This document shows positions 14,122 to 26,919 of a DNA stretch of 64,000 nt, one piece after another; positions within the stretch are counted from its first letter, which is position 1; every line of letters begins with the position of its first letter. The notes under the pieces are model-generated. The model made no database searches. It was not told the origin of the DNA and saw only the letters and a list, made by a program, of their open reading frames with translations. Location: positions 2,790,001-2,854,000 of the forward strand of contig CP110439.1 in the NCBI GenBank assembly GCA_026914245.1. The letters are read 5' to 3'. The stretch comes from Puccinia triticina. Its lineage: Eukaryota. The position numbers were made by a program, and so were the translations under genes.

Positions 14122-14932
14122 AGGGGGGTTCACAATAGGATAAAAATAAAACTTTAAAGCTAATTTTAAGGCCTTTATGAACAATTTTTTAAAAAGTGAA
14201 GAAGTTGCTCTGATTCTCAGGGGACACCCAGTCCTGCACATCTTGCCAGATTTTTAAAAATTTGTTGATAAAGGCCTTAAAATTGACTCTAAAATTTTAT
14301 TTTTATCCTATTAGGGGGGTTCACAATAGGGGGGTTCACAATAGGATAAAAGTAAAATTTTAGAGTCAATTTTAAGGTCTTTATCAACAAATTTTTAAAA
14401 ATCTGGCAAGGTGTACAGGACTGGGTATCCCCTGAGAATCAGAGCAACATCTTTATTTTTTAAAAAGTTGTTCACAAAGGCCTTAAAATTAGCTCTAAAG
14501 TTTTATTTTTATCCTATTGTGAACCCCCCTAATAGGGGGGTTCACAAGAGGATTTTAACAAAACTTTAGAGCCCATTTTAAGGACTTTGTGAACCAATTT
14601 TCAGAAAAGTACAAGTTGCTCTGATTGCCAAGGAACACCCAAATGTGAACAGCTTAAAAAAATTTCAAAACATTGTTCATAAAGGCCTTGAAATGAGCTT
14701 TGAAATTTTATTAAAATCCTATTGTGAACCCCCCAAATAGGATAAAGATACAACTTTAGAGCTGATATTAAGGCCTTTATGAACAACTTTTTAAAAATAA
14801 AGATGTTGCTCTGATTCTCAGGGGATACCCAGTCCTGTACACCTTGCCAGATTTTTAAAAATTTGTTGATAAAGACCTTAAAATTGACTCTAAAATTTTA
14901 CTTTTATCCTATTGTGAACCCCCCCTATTGTG
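14122..14932. mobile_element. Cluster of nested ~200-bp MITEs with AGGGGGGTTCACAATAGG ends
   Basis: About four copies in both orientations. A clean single copy lies at 31346-31548. Confidence 0.8.
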
Positions 14933-14959
14933 AAATCCAACTGTAATAAACCCAATCAA

Positions 14960-16477
14960 AAAATCATCAGATTTATCACATGTCTGTTTGGAACATCCAC
15001 TCCAGAATACATTTGAGTCCATTTATAACAGGACTGTTTGGCAAACCAAGGCAGGCAGAGCTATATATGTACGCAGGCTGGAAGAGTACTTGCTACGCAC
15101 CCTCTTGGTGACCGGTCAACCGGTCTCAAAGAGGAAGGACACGGCCTCTTGATGACCGGTCCACCAAGTCATTGAAGAGCACACATCAACTTCTGGATGG
15201 CCGGTTTGACAGGCCATCCAGAGGACACCCTCTTGATGACCGTTCAACCGGTCATCGAAGAGGACTTCACCTCTTGATGACCCAAACAGTCATTGAGAGG
15301 GACTCTACACCCTCTTGACGACCGGACAAGTCATTGAGAGGGATTCTACACCCTCTCAATGACTGGTTGAAACCAGTCATCAAGAGGGACTCTGCACCCT
15401 CTCAATGTCCGGTCAACCACTCATTGAGAGGGTGAGTACCTCTTGATGACCGGATCAAGAGGGAATCTACACCCTCTCAATGACCAGATCAGGAGGGACT
15501 CTACACCCTCTTGATGTCCGGTCAACCACTCATCGAGACGGTTAGTCCCTCTCGGTGACCGGATAAAGAGGGATTCTACACCCTCTTGATGAGTGGTTAA
15601 AGGGATATCAAGAGGGTGTAGAGTCCCTCTCAGTGACCAGTCAAGCAGTCACGCAGTCATTGAGTGGGATTCTACATCCTCTTGATGATTGGTCAAGCAG
15701 TAATTGAGAGGGTGTAGAATCCCTCTATTACTGCTTGACCGGTCCCTCTTGATGACTGCTTGACCGGTCACCGAGAGGGACTCTACACCCTCTCAATATC
15801 CTCTCAACCACTCATCAAGAGGGTGTAGAATCCCTCTTTATCCGGTCACCGAGAGGGACTAACCGTCTCAATGAGTGGTTGACCGGACATCAAGAGGGTG
15901 TAGAGTCCCTCCTGATCTGGTCATTGAGAGGGTGTAGATTCCCTCTTGATCCGGTCATCAAGATGGTGTAGAGTCCCTCTTGATCCGGTCATCAAGAGGG
16001 ACTCACCCTCTCAATGAGTGGTTGACCGGACATCGAGAGGGTGTAGAGTCCCTCTCGATGACTGGTTTCAACCAGTCATGGAGAGGGTGTAGAATCCCTC
16101 TTGATGACTTGTCCAGTCGTCGAGAGGGTGTAGAGTCCCTCTCAATGACTGGTTGGGTCATCAAGAGGTGAAGTCCTCTTTGATGACTGGTTGAACGGTC
16201 ATTGAGAGGGTGTCCTCTGGATGGCCTGTCAAACCGGCCATCCAGAATTTGATGTGTGCTCTTCAATGACTTGGTGGACCGGTCATCAAGAGGCTGTGTC
16301 CTTCCTCTTTGAGACCGGTTGACTGGTCACCAAGAGGGTGTGTAGTAAGTACTCTTCCAGCCTACGTACATATATAGCTCTGCCTGCCTTGGTTTGCCAA
16401 ACAGTCCTGTTATAAATGGACTCAAATGTATTCTGGAGTGGATGTGCCAAACAGACATGTGATAAATCTGATGATTA
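14960..16477. repeat. 1.5-kb imperfect palindrome with aged GATGACCGG arrays (foldback element interior)
   Basis: ATCAGATTTATCACATGTCTGTTTGG near 14965 is inverted at 16446-16472. The arms mirror each other through the arrays at ~15110-16330. Confidence 0.85.
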
Positions 16478-17819
16478 TTCTGTATTATTTCCCCCCCCCT
16501 CCTTTTGAACAGGTCGGAAGTACAGCGTATTGAGAAAACAAAATGAACCGGCAACTTATCAACTTGATCAGTTAATACTAGGGACAATTTTGTTTACACT
16601 GGCGATCTTCTCATTCCCAACCATTCTGGCATTTTACATCCTAGCAAGTACAGTAAGCAGGCGGAAAAATTTCAAAAGGAATTGCCACAGTCGATAGCTC
16701 CATGCTGAGATACCTGATGCCCCCCCCTAAATATTCTTTACATCTGGTTTTTAGACCCGCGTGTTGATTGTGTGGATCCATGGAATCATTGGCACTGGCT
16801 TGTCTTTGCTGAACCACTTCCCTCTGTTTGTTTTGATGTTGAGAATTAAAGATCCGGCTTGCTTGCCCTGTATGTGACATTTTCTCCCCATCTGTTACTC
16901 TGTTACGTCCGATTAGTCACGATGGTCTAACGTGCACTTTTCGTTTAAGCTGGTGTTTGCTTTATCCCACTACATGATGACGGCGCAGCAAAGTTCAAAC
17001 TCGAGGCGAGTTGTTTCTCCTAAGTCCCCGCTGGTCACCTTCCTGACTTGCTCGAGCTGACGCGGCTCTATCGCTTACCAATCGAAAATTTCCCCGTTGC
17101 AGAATGTACCCGTCGGCCTCCCTTGGATCTTTTCTGATTACATCTCACTTTGGGTCAATCTAACTTCTCATTACTCGCCACGTCTGTTGTTGTATCATCT
17201 TTGTTCTGGGCAGCCAATAGCACCCCTAGCAACTCGTGCGGCTGCTTATAAGAGGCCGTAATGAAACTTTATCTCAATCAATCGAGCACATTGTTCTCCC
17301 TCCACGTCCAAACAAAAAGAAATGGAAGATCAAGTTTCTGGGGAGCATTTCAGTTGTTTCATACAAACGTTGGTCATCTGGCGAGACTAGATATCTCTTG
17401 CAAGTGCTCATTGGCCGCATTCTCCAATCCCCTGAAGCAAATCGTGTTTGGCCAAGAACACACTTCCGCATAAGGCTCTGCTGGCTGGTCTCTCAAGCAG
17501 ATGTACCTTGGTTTGCCAAGCTTGAGAAGTTGGGATGAGAATCAAGAGCAGAACTTAACCAACACTCTGATTCACTTTTATCCCCCCCATCAGCTGAAGA
17601 ATATCTCACTCAAAAGCTAGCACTCTCCAAAAAACCAACAAGTATCTAGGAGAGTCAAAGATTCCCAGAAGTGTGCACAGCTGCTTGTCCTACGCTTAGG
17701 AAGCTTAAGGAACAGATGACACGGCGGACATTTCTATGTTGCTGTGTACCAACTACCTTCAGGGGCCGCAGTCACTTCTCACGGGGGGTATAATCGCGCA
17801 AGAAGATTTTCTCCGCTAA

Positions 17820-17855
<36 letters not shown>

Positions 17856-17865
17856 TCAAGGAACT

Positions 17866-17900
<35 letters not shown>
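17820..17900 (+). tRNA. tRNA-Gly(GCC) with ~10-nt intron
   Basis: Acceptor GCGTTGT/ACAACGC-A, anticodon stem GGGCC/GGCCT with loop TT-GCC-A[intron]T, T arm AGGGG-TTCGACT-CCCCT, and downstream T runs. One D-stem mismatch. Confidence 0.75.
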
Positions 17901-18449
17901 ATTATCTGAATTGAGCAGGGGTCTTATTTTGCTCACTGGACCTTTTTGCTCAATTGATCTTTTTCACTTGACCTTTTTGTTCATTTGACCTTTTCGGGAC
18001 AAAAATATGTCATAGATCGAAACCCACGTTGGTTGTTTGGTAAGCACTAGTCCACTCTGGGGCTTTGAGGAGAAGGGAGCACACGATGATACAACGATCT
18101 GAGGGATCAGCCACACTCGTGTTTAGATCCATGGACCCTTCTTTTATTTTGGAATTCAGACGCGTGCCCACAGGCTCCATTCAGTCACATTGAGATGATT
18201 CTTGCCATCGAATTGGAAACAATTGGCCCTGTAGAATTGCCTTGCCTCGGACATCCCACCCTCTTGACATGGTCACATAAAAAAACAAAAGAGTAAAAAA
18301 AAACGCGGCTTGGAAGAGATGGATTAGTGGAACTTGTTTCGGACCAAGTGTACTAAGCAAGTCAGTAACGAGTGCTGATCGAAGTAATCAAGAGACGCTG
18401 ATTTCAGTTTCTGATTGGCCCGATCCTAGAGAGCAAAGAAGCGACGACG

Positions 18450-19158
18450 TCAGATTCCTGGAGCGGGCGCTTGGGTTTTGCGTGGAAGCAGCGAACGAGG
18501 GAAGAGAGAGCAGACACGCACCAGGGAGGCCGCGATGTCTTGAGCCTTGCCGTCCGCGGACGGGTGCTCGGGGTTGTTTCGAGTGGGGTTTCGAGGCTGG
18601 TTGTGCGGCTGGGCGCGGGGAGGCTCGGAGGCGGAAGCCGAGCCAGGAGGCGGCCGATCGGCCCCGTCGTCGCCGTCGTCGTCGTCCGGCCCTCTGTCAC
18701 TAAGACCCCCTGCGGCTGGGGGATGGTGGGAGGGGAGGAAATCGGAGAGCGAGGAGGAGGGGTCGAGCTGGAACTGGAGGTGCCGCAGATCGAGCAGCTC
18801 TTCCGCTTCTTCTTGCGCTGGGTGGGCGTGGAGCTGTTCGAGCTGAGGTTGTATGGGCTGGGGGCGAGTTGAGGGGCTGGTGGGAGGCGCGGGGGCGAGC
18901 CGGGACTGCAGGTCTCTCCAGACGTCCGGCCGGGAGGACCATTCGAGGCCGGCGGAGCCGCCGGGCAGCGGCTGTGGAGAGGAGGGATACTCTTCGCAGG
19001 GATGGTGGGCATGGGAGGCGCGTTTCTGGACGCTGAGGAAGATGAGCCGCAGCAGGCGGCGGTCCTTGAACCTTCGCGGGCTGCCGAAGGCTTCCAGGAA
19101 GCGGATCATGGTCTGGAGGCGGCGGACGAGGCGGTCGAAGGCCTGCTCGGCCCGCCGG
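18450..19158 (-). CDS. GC-rich open frame of unknown function, probably a 5'-truncated gene fragment
   Basis: Protein-like RRAEQAFDRLVRRLQTMIRFLEAFGSPRRFKDRRLLRLIFLSVQKR with GC-rich third positions. Its upstream end abuts the repeat array at 19160. Confidence 0.4.
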
Positions 19159-19159
19159 T

Positions 19160-19562
19160 TCCCTCTCGATGACTGCTTGACCGGTCACTGAGAGGGACTC
19201 TACACCCTCTCGATAACCGGTCAACCACTCATCAAGAGGGTGTAGAATCATCCGGTCATTGAGAGGGACTCACCCTCTCGATGAGTGGTTGACCGGACAT
19301 CGAGAGGGTGTAGAGTCCCTCTCGATGACTGGTTTCAACCAGTCATGGAGAGGGTGTAGAATCCCTCTCGATGACTTGTCCGGTCGTCGAGAGGGTGTAG
19401 AGTCCCTCTTGATGACTGGTCGGGTCATCGAGAGGTGAAGTCCTCTTCGACGACCGGTTGAATGGTCATCGAGAGGGTGTCCTCTGGATGGCCTGTCAAA
19501 CCGGCCATCCAGAAGTTGATGCGTGCTCTTCGATGACCGGTAATTGACCGGTCATCGGGAGG
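19160..19562. repeat. GATGACCGG palindromic minisatellite array
   Basis: Collinear with 15744-16270 but retains more TCGA sites. Confidence 0.85.
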
Positions 19563-19569
19563 TTGTGTA

Positions 19570-20794
19570 CACCACAGGAGCGATCGAGAGAACTCGGGAC
19601 GTTCCCAGAACGGTTGCAGGAATCACGCGTCCTAGCAACCGCTAGGACCGCCATGAAACGTTAAGGTCGTCTCGTTGGCCGTAGGACACTTTTTAGACAT
19701 CATTTTTTCATTGACGTCCTTGCCGACCGCGGTGGTTGCAGCATCTGGGGTTGCTAGGACGTCAAAGTCCTCTTGACGGAAGGCTTGGTGTTGAGAGGAC
19801 GATGGCCTCAACCCAGCCGTTCTCGGGATACCTGGGTTATCCTGACGCTTTCACTGATAGGACACTTGGGTTGCAAGGACAGCCTGCTCAAGCGTCCAAA
19901 CAACGCTTTGAGGACATGATCGTCAATAGGATGCTTGGGTTCCTGGGACGTCTTGACAAAACGCCAAAAAGATGTTTTCATTAACCAAAAATTCCCGTTG
20001 ACAGCAAGGTCACCCAACTTGGGCGTTGCTAGAACAGGATAGTCCGACCAACCAGTTCTCAACGCTCAGGTTGCAGTTTTTTTTTTTTTGCTTTCCTGCG
20101 CCCACCTGCAAAGATGCTTTGCCAAGTGAGTGTTCAAGAAGACAGCTTGATTTTAACTTTTTTTCTTTTTTTTTTGGACCTACTTCGCGCAGCAGCGGAA
20201 AACTCTTTGCGCACAGAATCGACCGTCCCCCGACGTTGAGCCCGCTGTGCGCAAAGAGTTTTCCGCTGCTGCGCAAAGTAGGTCCGTTTTTTTTACCTTC
20301 AATGTTTTTTTTGTGGAAAGGTGGAAGCAATCTGGTTCGCTTCGGTATACAGGGTGCAATTCCACTGGATAGGTATAGCTAGTGTTGTGTAGTACAAGGG
20401 GGAAGAAGCTCCTTGGGAGGAAGCCTGTGGGCAGAATCAGCTGTGGGTTTGAGCTTGGAGAGTTCCTTTTGCCAATTGGCACCTACAAGATTGACCCCTT
20501 GCCAACGTTGTGGGCTCAATCCCTCGACGCTCTTCTAGAGCACAGAGGGAAAGGCGTCAACCTAACGTTGCCGGAGTGATTGGCAAACAAAGGTGCAGAA
20601 CCCTCATTGGTCCAGCAACATCGGTGCGCCCGCTCCTCTTTGCCGGGATGCTGCTGTGACAACTGAAACCACACCAACCCATATTTTCGTGGTAATTTCT
20701 GACCGCGTCAGAACGTTGCCCCCTGCGGAGGAAAGCAACATTTGGGGGACGCAAAGATGGAGTGTCAACAGAACGTTGACCTGCTCCTGTGGTG
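19570..20794. mobile_element. Non-autonomous TIR element with CACCAC ends and TA flanks
   Basis: TA|CACCACAGGAGC at the left and GCTCCTGTGGTG|TA at the right. No coding capacity recognised. Confidence 0.75.
20175..20286. mobile_element. 112-bp mini-MITE of the MULE TIR family
   Basis: Hairpin TGGACCTACTTCGCGCAGCAGCGGAAAACTCTTTGCGCACAG...GCGCAAAGTAGGTCCG flanked by T8 on both sides. Confidence 0.85.
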
Positions 20795-21679
20795 TAGTAC
20801 TCCCTACACCACGGGGCGCATTCCTTGAAATGCGCTGAATCCCGCGGACGTTTCTGACTGAGAAATGTCCAGAGGATGTCCGTGGAGCATCCAGCGGACA
20901 CAAGGGGCAATGAGCATCACTTGGACGCTTTCAGAAGCGTCCAAGTGATGCTTTGTCCTTCAAACCATTGGGTGGACATCAAAAATTGCCGCCGTCCATT
21001 GGATACTCTCAAATTGAGAGTGTCCAATGGACATCTTGACAGTCCAAACACACTGAATCAGGTCATCTCTCAATGACCGGTCTGTGCTGGTCATTGAGGG
21101 GACTCAGGTCTCCTCTTGATGACCAGTCTCTACCGGTCATTGAGAGGGTCTCGCCGGTCTTCAAGGGGAATCATGAGAGTGTCTGGTGCACACCAAAACT
21201 GGCGAACCTGAAACGTTCCACAGTAATACTTCAAGGTGCCATGACAATGTGTAATTATAAGTTACCAAGTGCTCATAATGAGGATGCCCATGAGTAACAG
21301 CTGTTTTGAGGATTGTCCTCAAGAGCAAATAAAAATTCATAATGATTGACGTTAATCAGTGTCACCACCAGCAACAAAAAGGCTACGTACTTCAGCCTTT
21401 GCTTGAAGTTGTCAAAGTTGCACTCTACCCTGAAGCACCATTTTCTTTCATAAGGTACGAGGCAGCAGCTGTTCCCGCCAGCCCTCCGCATATTTACATT
21501 GCTCATATCTATTGAGATTACATCGAATATTATGACTATTTACACATTATGCCCGTTCATCTGATCTGCTTCTTCTCCTTTATACTTGGACAGCTGTCCC
21601 ATACTATATCCAACACTTTGTAGCATCTCTCTCTGAAAAGTTCAAGATAGTTGGAAGTACTATGTATATGTAGAGTCCT

Positions 21680-24600
21680 TCAATGATTTGCCTCGGTCAG
21701 CAATGCACACACTTGCTTTAAATGTTGCCACCCCACCATCTTGAATTCCTCAACTAGCTTATTTACCTCACTTCTGTTCATGCGACCCTTCTCAGAAACT
21801 CCAGGTATGTTGTGCGGTGGGGTGACGGATACATTGACCAAGTACTCCTTGACCATTGTCAGAATCGAATGCATGCAAAGCATGAACCTCTCCATCAGCA
21901 TCGGTGATGTCTCATTCGCAAACTCTGTTTGGTTTTCTTTCTTCTTCAATATCTTCATCAACTGCTTCAACGCTGATTTCCCGGACTCCTCAGACTTCTG
22001 GTTCAACCGCAAACACTCCTCAACTGAATTGCCGAGGTTTGAGAGGCCATTGTTTAGAGTGGCAACCACAAGCGGCATTGAAGATGACAAAGCAGCCCAA
22101 CGCTTCCGTTGCTTCTTTGAAGGGGGTTGATGTGACTGGATCTCATTGTCATCAGTATTGCCACGCTTCAGTGGCCAAGCATTGTGATTCCCGGAGACTT
22201 TGACATCAGAATCAATGGTTGTGACCTTGGAACCCATGATTTGGATGTCTGGGTCGATTAGGTCAATTCTTGAACGGACAACCTTGATGTCAGAGGTATA
22301 GTCTTCACTTTGAGCAAACGGATGAGCTGGTGTGACCGTGTGAGTTTGAATGGTTTGTTGTTCTTGGCCCACTGCCATCTCAACGACTAGCAGCTGGTTT
22401 TGGCGGGCCAGGAAATACATGTGTCTGCATGTACTGCAATATTGAGTGTAGTAAGCACATGTACAGCTTGTGAGGTGACCAATGCCACTAGGACCGGTAT
22501 CGTCAAGACCAATCGTGTATGCCGCTAGAGTTGGATTTTTGAACAAGCTGATGAAGTACTACCATTGCAGCTCCATAGCACGTTGTTAGATTTCTGTTTT
22601 GAAAAAAAGGGATGCTTTCTATGGTACTCACATGATCCATTGTCTTGAACAACTGTATCCCCAAGAGGGCAAGAAGATCAGTGGAGTAACTGTTGGCGGT
22701 GGCCTTCGCCCAACGTTGGAATTTGTTGGTTGTTTGGGATGCAAACCCGTTCTTGACCTCCATTTGAGTCCAACAAAAGTTGAGCTTGACTTCATCTACA
22801 AATATTTGTACAACCTCGTCTATGCGTTGGCGGTCCTTGAAGGGGATATACTGAGACTTGAGCACTCTATGCCATGCCTCGGTATAGTTGTTAGTGTGTA
22901 TACCCTGGTGTGCGGTCTAAAACAAGATGATCAACTGGTTGAATGTAGTCAAAAGATAAGCTTATATTATAACTTACAGTTCAAAAGGCAATTGACCAGT
23001 GGTGGATCTTTCCTCCCCACTGGTTGGTGATGTTGATATCTATGTGACATCCCTCTAGCAACATGTCCTGTTACTTTCCAGTTTATTCCTCAATGACATC
23101 ATCAACTCGATTGATGCTGATGTTGTCATCGCTTACGCTCGTCCCTCTAAAAAACCTTCACTCCAAAATCTCCGCTCGACCCTCTTCCTTCGGATATATA
23201 AACTTGCTTGTTTATCATCCTTTAGAGTTTCCCTTGGGGAACTGAAAATATACTATTCGTCCTATCTTAGCAATCTCCACATCATCATTACTTTTGCTAT
23301 TTGTTCCTCCACGTTCAACTTCATCACTTGTCGACATCTTATTGAGATCATCTTGTGTTTCTCGATTCATTCTTGCTATCCCCTTCCTTTCGACACTCCA
23401 CCAATACTTGCTTCTAGCGACTTCATCTCTTATTCCTCCAACCATCATTGTCCATTAGGCTGTTGCTTATCCCTTCTATTTGACTACTTGCCGACTTTTG
23501 TCCTCCAGTTTCAGGACATCTCACTCCAGTAGGTCTTCACTTGACAACCATCTGATCTCTTTGACTTCTCATCTCAACCTTCTGAGCTGACTTCCTGTTC
23601 TTAGTCTTCTTCCTCACTTTGTCCTATTGTGTCTTCTCGTGCATCCCTTGTCCCTTTTTCCTTGTTGTCTTTGCCTTAAGGTACATTTCTTATTTCTTTC
23701 TTTTTTCTCATGTATTTCTTGCATCATGTAACTTACTCAAAATAAACTCTTAAGTTTGACTATTCACAGGTGACGTACGTAGCAAAACCGGGGCTGATGG
23801 CTCCCCACTTGAATAGGAAAGTGGCAAGGCAGGCGTTTGGATCCAAGCTAGAGTAAATGATTGAGCGGAAGTCAGACATTGCTTTGTCTGCTCAGTCTCA
23901 TAGGTATGTCTTTGCCTGGCCCTTGAATGCTTTCAGAACGTGAAACAAGCACCAATAGTGATTTGGTGCTTGCTCTGCTAGATCCTCGTAGACATGTGTG
24001 ACAGCATTGGTGATTTCCAATGCACAATCACTCATGACTGACCAAGGGACAAAACCTGTACTGCTGCGTAGCCACTGTAGTATCCGTGTGAGTGGTGGTC
24101 TGAAAAAAATGAGTGGAAACATGTCAGCCGCGGTTGATTATGGGAAGATTGAAATGGATGACTTACTCTGCAAGCGAGGCAGTGAAGGCCCAAGCAACCG
24201 GAAGTCCTTTCCCAACAATGGGGTCCTGGATTAAAAGTGTATAAAGACTTATCTTCTTACCTTTGGATAGGAAGTAATTGCTGACGGTGTTGTGAGTTGC
24301 ATCAACCATGATCATGTTGGTACCATGCTCAATTAAGTTCTTCTTCTTCCAGGACAACTGGAAAGCAAAGACAAAGTTGGCAGAATCCTGGATGTTGACA
24401 AGTGTGTTCCATCCCTTGTTTAAAAGCTCTTCGTTCCGTATTAATAGCGACTTGAATACATTACGGTCTTGTTTCGCCAGAACTGTCATGCGTGTGGAGA
24501 TCAGATACCGTACCCGGTTGTAGATAATGCCAGCAGCCTTGGGTTTGACACTGGCTGATACGAGCTGATGAAAAAATGTCAGCAAAGAGAATTCATCCCG

Positions 24601-25606
24601 CTAGTATGAACAGTGAAAGACTTACATCATGGATGTCCAAGACCCGCATGAGCTTCTGATGAGCTAAACTCAGACTGATGGAAGTGGGCATGAGGCAATG
24701 GTGAGTGACGATGAGTGTGAAAGGATAAGTAATCATTGAGCACATGAAGAGAAGAAGAGAAAAGACAAGAGAAAAGAAAAGAAAGGAAAAATAAAAGAAA
24801 GAAACAAAGAAAGGACTCTACCTGATGGAAGCGGGCACGAGGCAATGGTGAGTGACAATGAGTGTGAAAGGATGAGGGAGAAGTCCTTCCACGCCCGCTG
24901 CATCAGGTAGACTAACTACAATGTGTGAAATGTGAGTGACATGGAGACAACATGTATGAAGCAGAGAAAAGAAGGAAATGTATACAACATTGACTAGCTC
25001 AACAGCTTCTTGATGGCGGGCCATTTTAATCCTGAGTCCACGCAATCTTTGAGCCACTGGTCTACAACTTCCGGCACCCGTGTGATAAGCATATCGGCAA
25101 GTGAGTTGGGGTCGTGGTTGTGTTTCCAGTACCAATCAACTCGCAACAAATCAGAACGGATATGATGATAAATTGAAAACCTTGATTTGAATCCACATCT
25201 GGCTGATTTGTGTTTCTTCTTACAAGAGTTGACCACACGTTTTGCAAATCCACGACATGGACATGTGAACTCAAATTTGAAAGAGTGATCCGGAGGACGG
25301 TCTTTGGAATTGGAGCTGGCAATTTTGGATTTATTATCAGTCCCCCGGTTCTGGTTTGATTGGATTGTTGCCCCCATTGCCCAAACAAATGTTTGTGCTT
25401 CAGAAAGAGTGCAACCGGGGATACTGAATTGATGTGGATGATCTGGAAATTGAGAATAGCTGCCACCAATGTGACGCACTAGTCTCAGGGCATTGGGAGC
25501 TGATTTGACACCTCGAGGGACCGGGACTTCATGGGTGAAAGGAGGTGGTACCACATCTAAAATGTTGCATACCATTGGGTATTCTGGGGACTCAATTGAT
25601 AACATT
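21680..25606 (-). pseudogene. MULE-type transposase with C-terminal SWIM zinc finger, disrupted
   Basis: Motifs FEFTCPCRG..SARCG..HNH, MIMVDATHN, DPIVGKGLPVAWAF, VMSDC, YWCLFHV and SCTCAYYTQYCSTCRHM. Contains introns, stops and an LTR insertion. Limits approximate. Confidence 0.85.
23031..23768. mobile_element. Solo LTR inserted in the MULE/SWIM gene
   Basis: TGTTG...TCACA with 5-bp TSD GGTGA. Removal rejoins FATYVT-NQWGGKIHHWS on the minus strand. Confidence 0.85.
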
Positions 25607-26919
25607 GGAGAGAGAGGACGTGATAGTCGCAGAACAAGAGCAGTTGTGATGTTGATGAAGAGAAATAGGTGCACCAAGAGAAGAAATATAGCTGAGCTCG
25701 GGTTAAACTTATATGAGGATGGCCAAGAAAGTAGCAAACTGATGAATAAAAGGATCCGGCTCCTGTCCAAACTTGAAAAGATATGTGGTGTGCAACAAGG
25801 CTAAGAAATATAGTGGGCAGGAAAGAGGATTTGTAAAAATCAAGTCCTATTTGAAGAGGTCATATATGGGAATCTTCTGTCCTTGATAACAAGAGGACTT
25901 TGTAACTTTCTGCTCTGAAATTGGTGGGTGGTTGAATCAATCTCAAGTTCATCAATGTTACCCATGTTCATCATGCTAGTTTTATTTTTGGTTTTTGTTG
26001 GACCCAAAGTTAATGATGGTTTGTCTCTTTTGGGGGTTGCTGGGGCTGCTGACGCTTAATTGCAGACTTAATGTGGAACGTTTCAATTCTTGCCAAAACT
26101 GTTGTCCATCGTACACTCTGGCTGGAGTGTCTGATGGATGTTTGGAAACAAGTCTCTAGTGTGTTCTGGTGGGTTTGTGGGCCCCTTCAGCATAAATGGC
26201 ATGTTGTAGCCGGTAGCGACTGCCCTATATACAGCCATACCCCCACCCCCTCCCGTGTTTGATTCCAGCTTTGCTGCCTCCCCCCCACCCCGCTCGCTAG
26301 TTGTTGTCCCGCAACCAGCCCATTGGCCCACCTGCAGGCAACCACCGCCCCATGCACTCGCCAGTAAGGCTGGCCTAACATTTTGACCAAAAGGGCATGG
26401 TGGCTGACATCCCGCTGATGTTTGCTCACCATCCAGCGATTGCATACAAGAGAAACGTCCACCATTGCGCAATGCAAGTGGCATCCAGCGGACGTTTCCT
26501 GCTGCGCCAGAGCTGGACATCTGCGGACATGTCCAAAGGCATGTCCGATCAACGTCCGCGACGGCCCGTGGTGTAGATGACTGGCCAGTACATATGTATG
26601 TAGCCATGGGCCAGCCATTTATTGGTCAGGACCTCTATTTCCGGAATGGCTGGGGGGATAAATTTCCCATTACAGTTGCGGATGGCATAGACCTGTAGGG
26701 GATTTTTGGAGGTCCGGATTGCCAGGGCCTGGTTTTTTTCCAAAATTTTATCCGGGGCCCAGGGTTTTTCAGATTTTTCCTGATTTTCCCCAGTGTAGAT
26801 ACTCTATATTCCTGTATTTTCCTTCACCTCTGAATGAAACACCACACAGCTGGCTCCAATTCTTCTACTACACCTCAATCATGGCAGTAAGCTAACTCAA
26901 CTAAGTCCCTCTCTATGTG

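Noticed and set aside
16500..17540. Short ORFs at 16641-16880 and 17236-17538
   Set aside because: No recognisable domain or convincing splice model.
26670..26797. TIR-like end TTTTCCCCAGTG|TA
   Set aside because: No matching opposite end found in the window.
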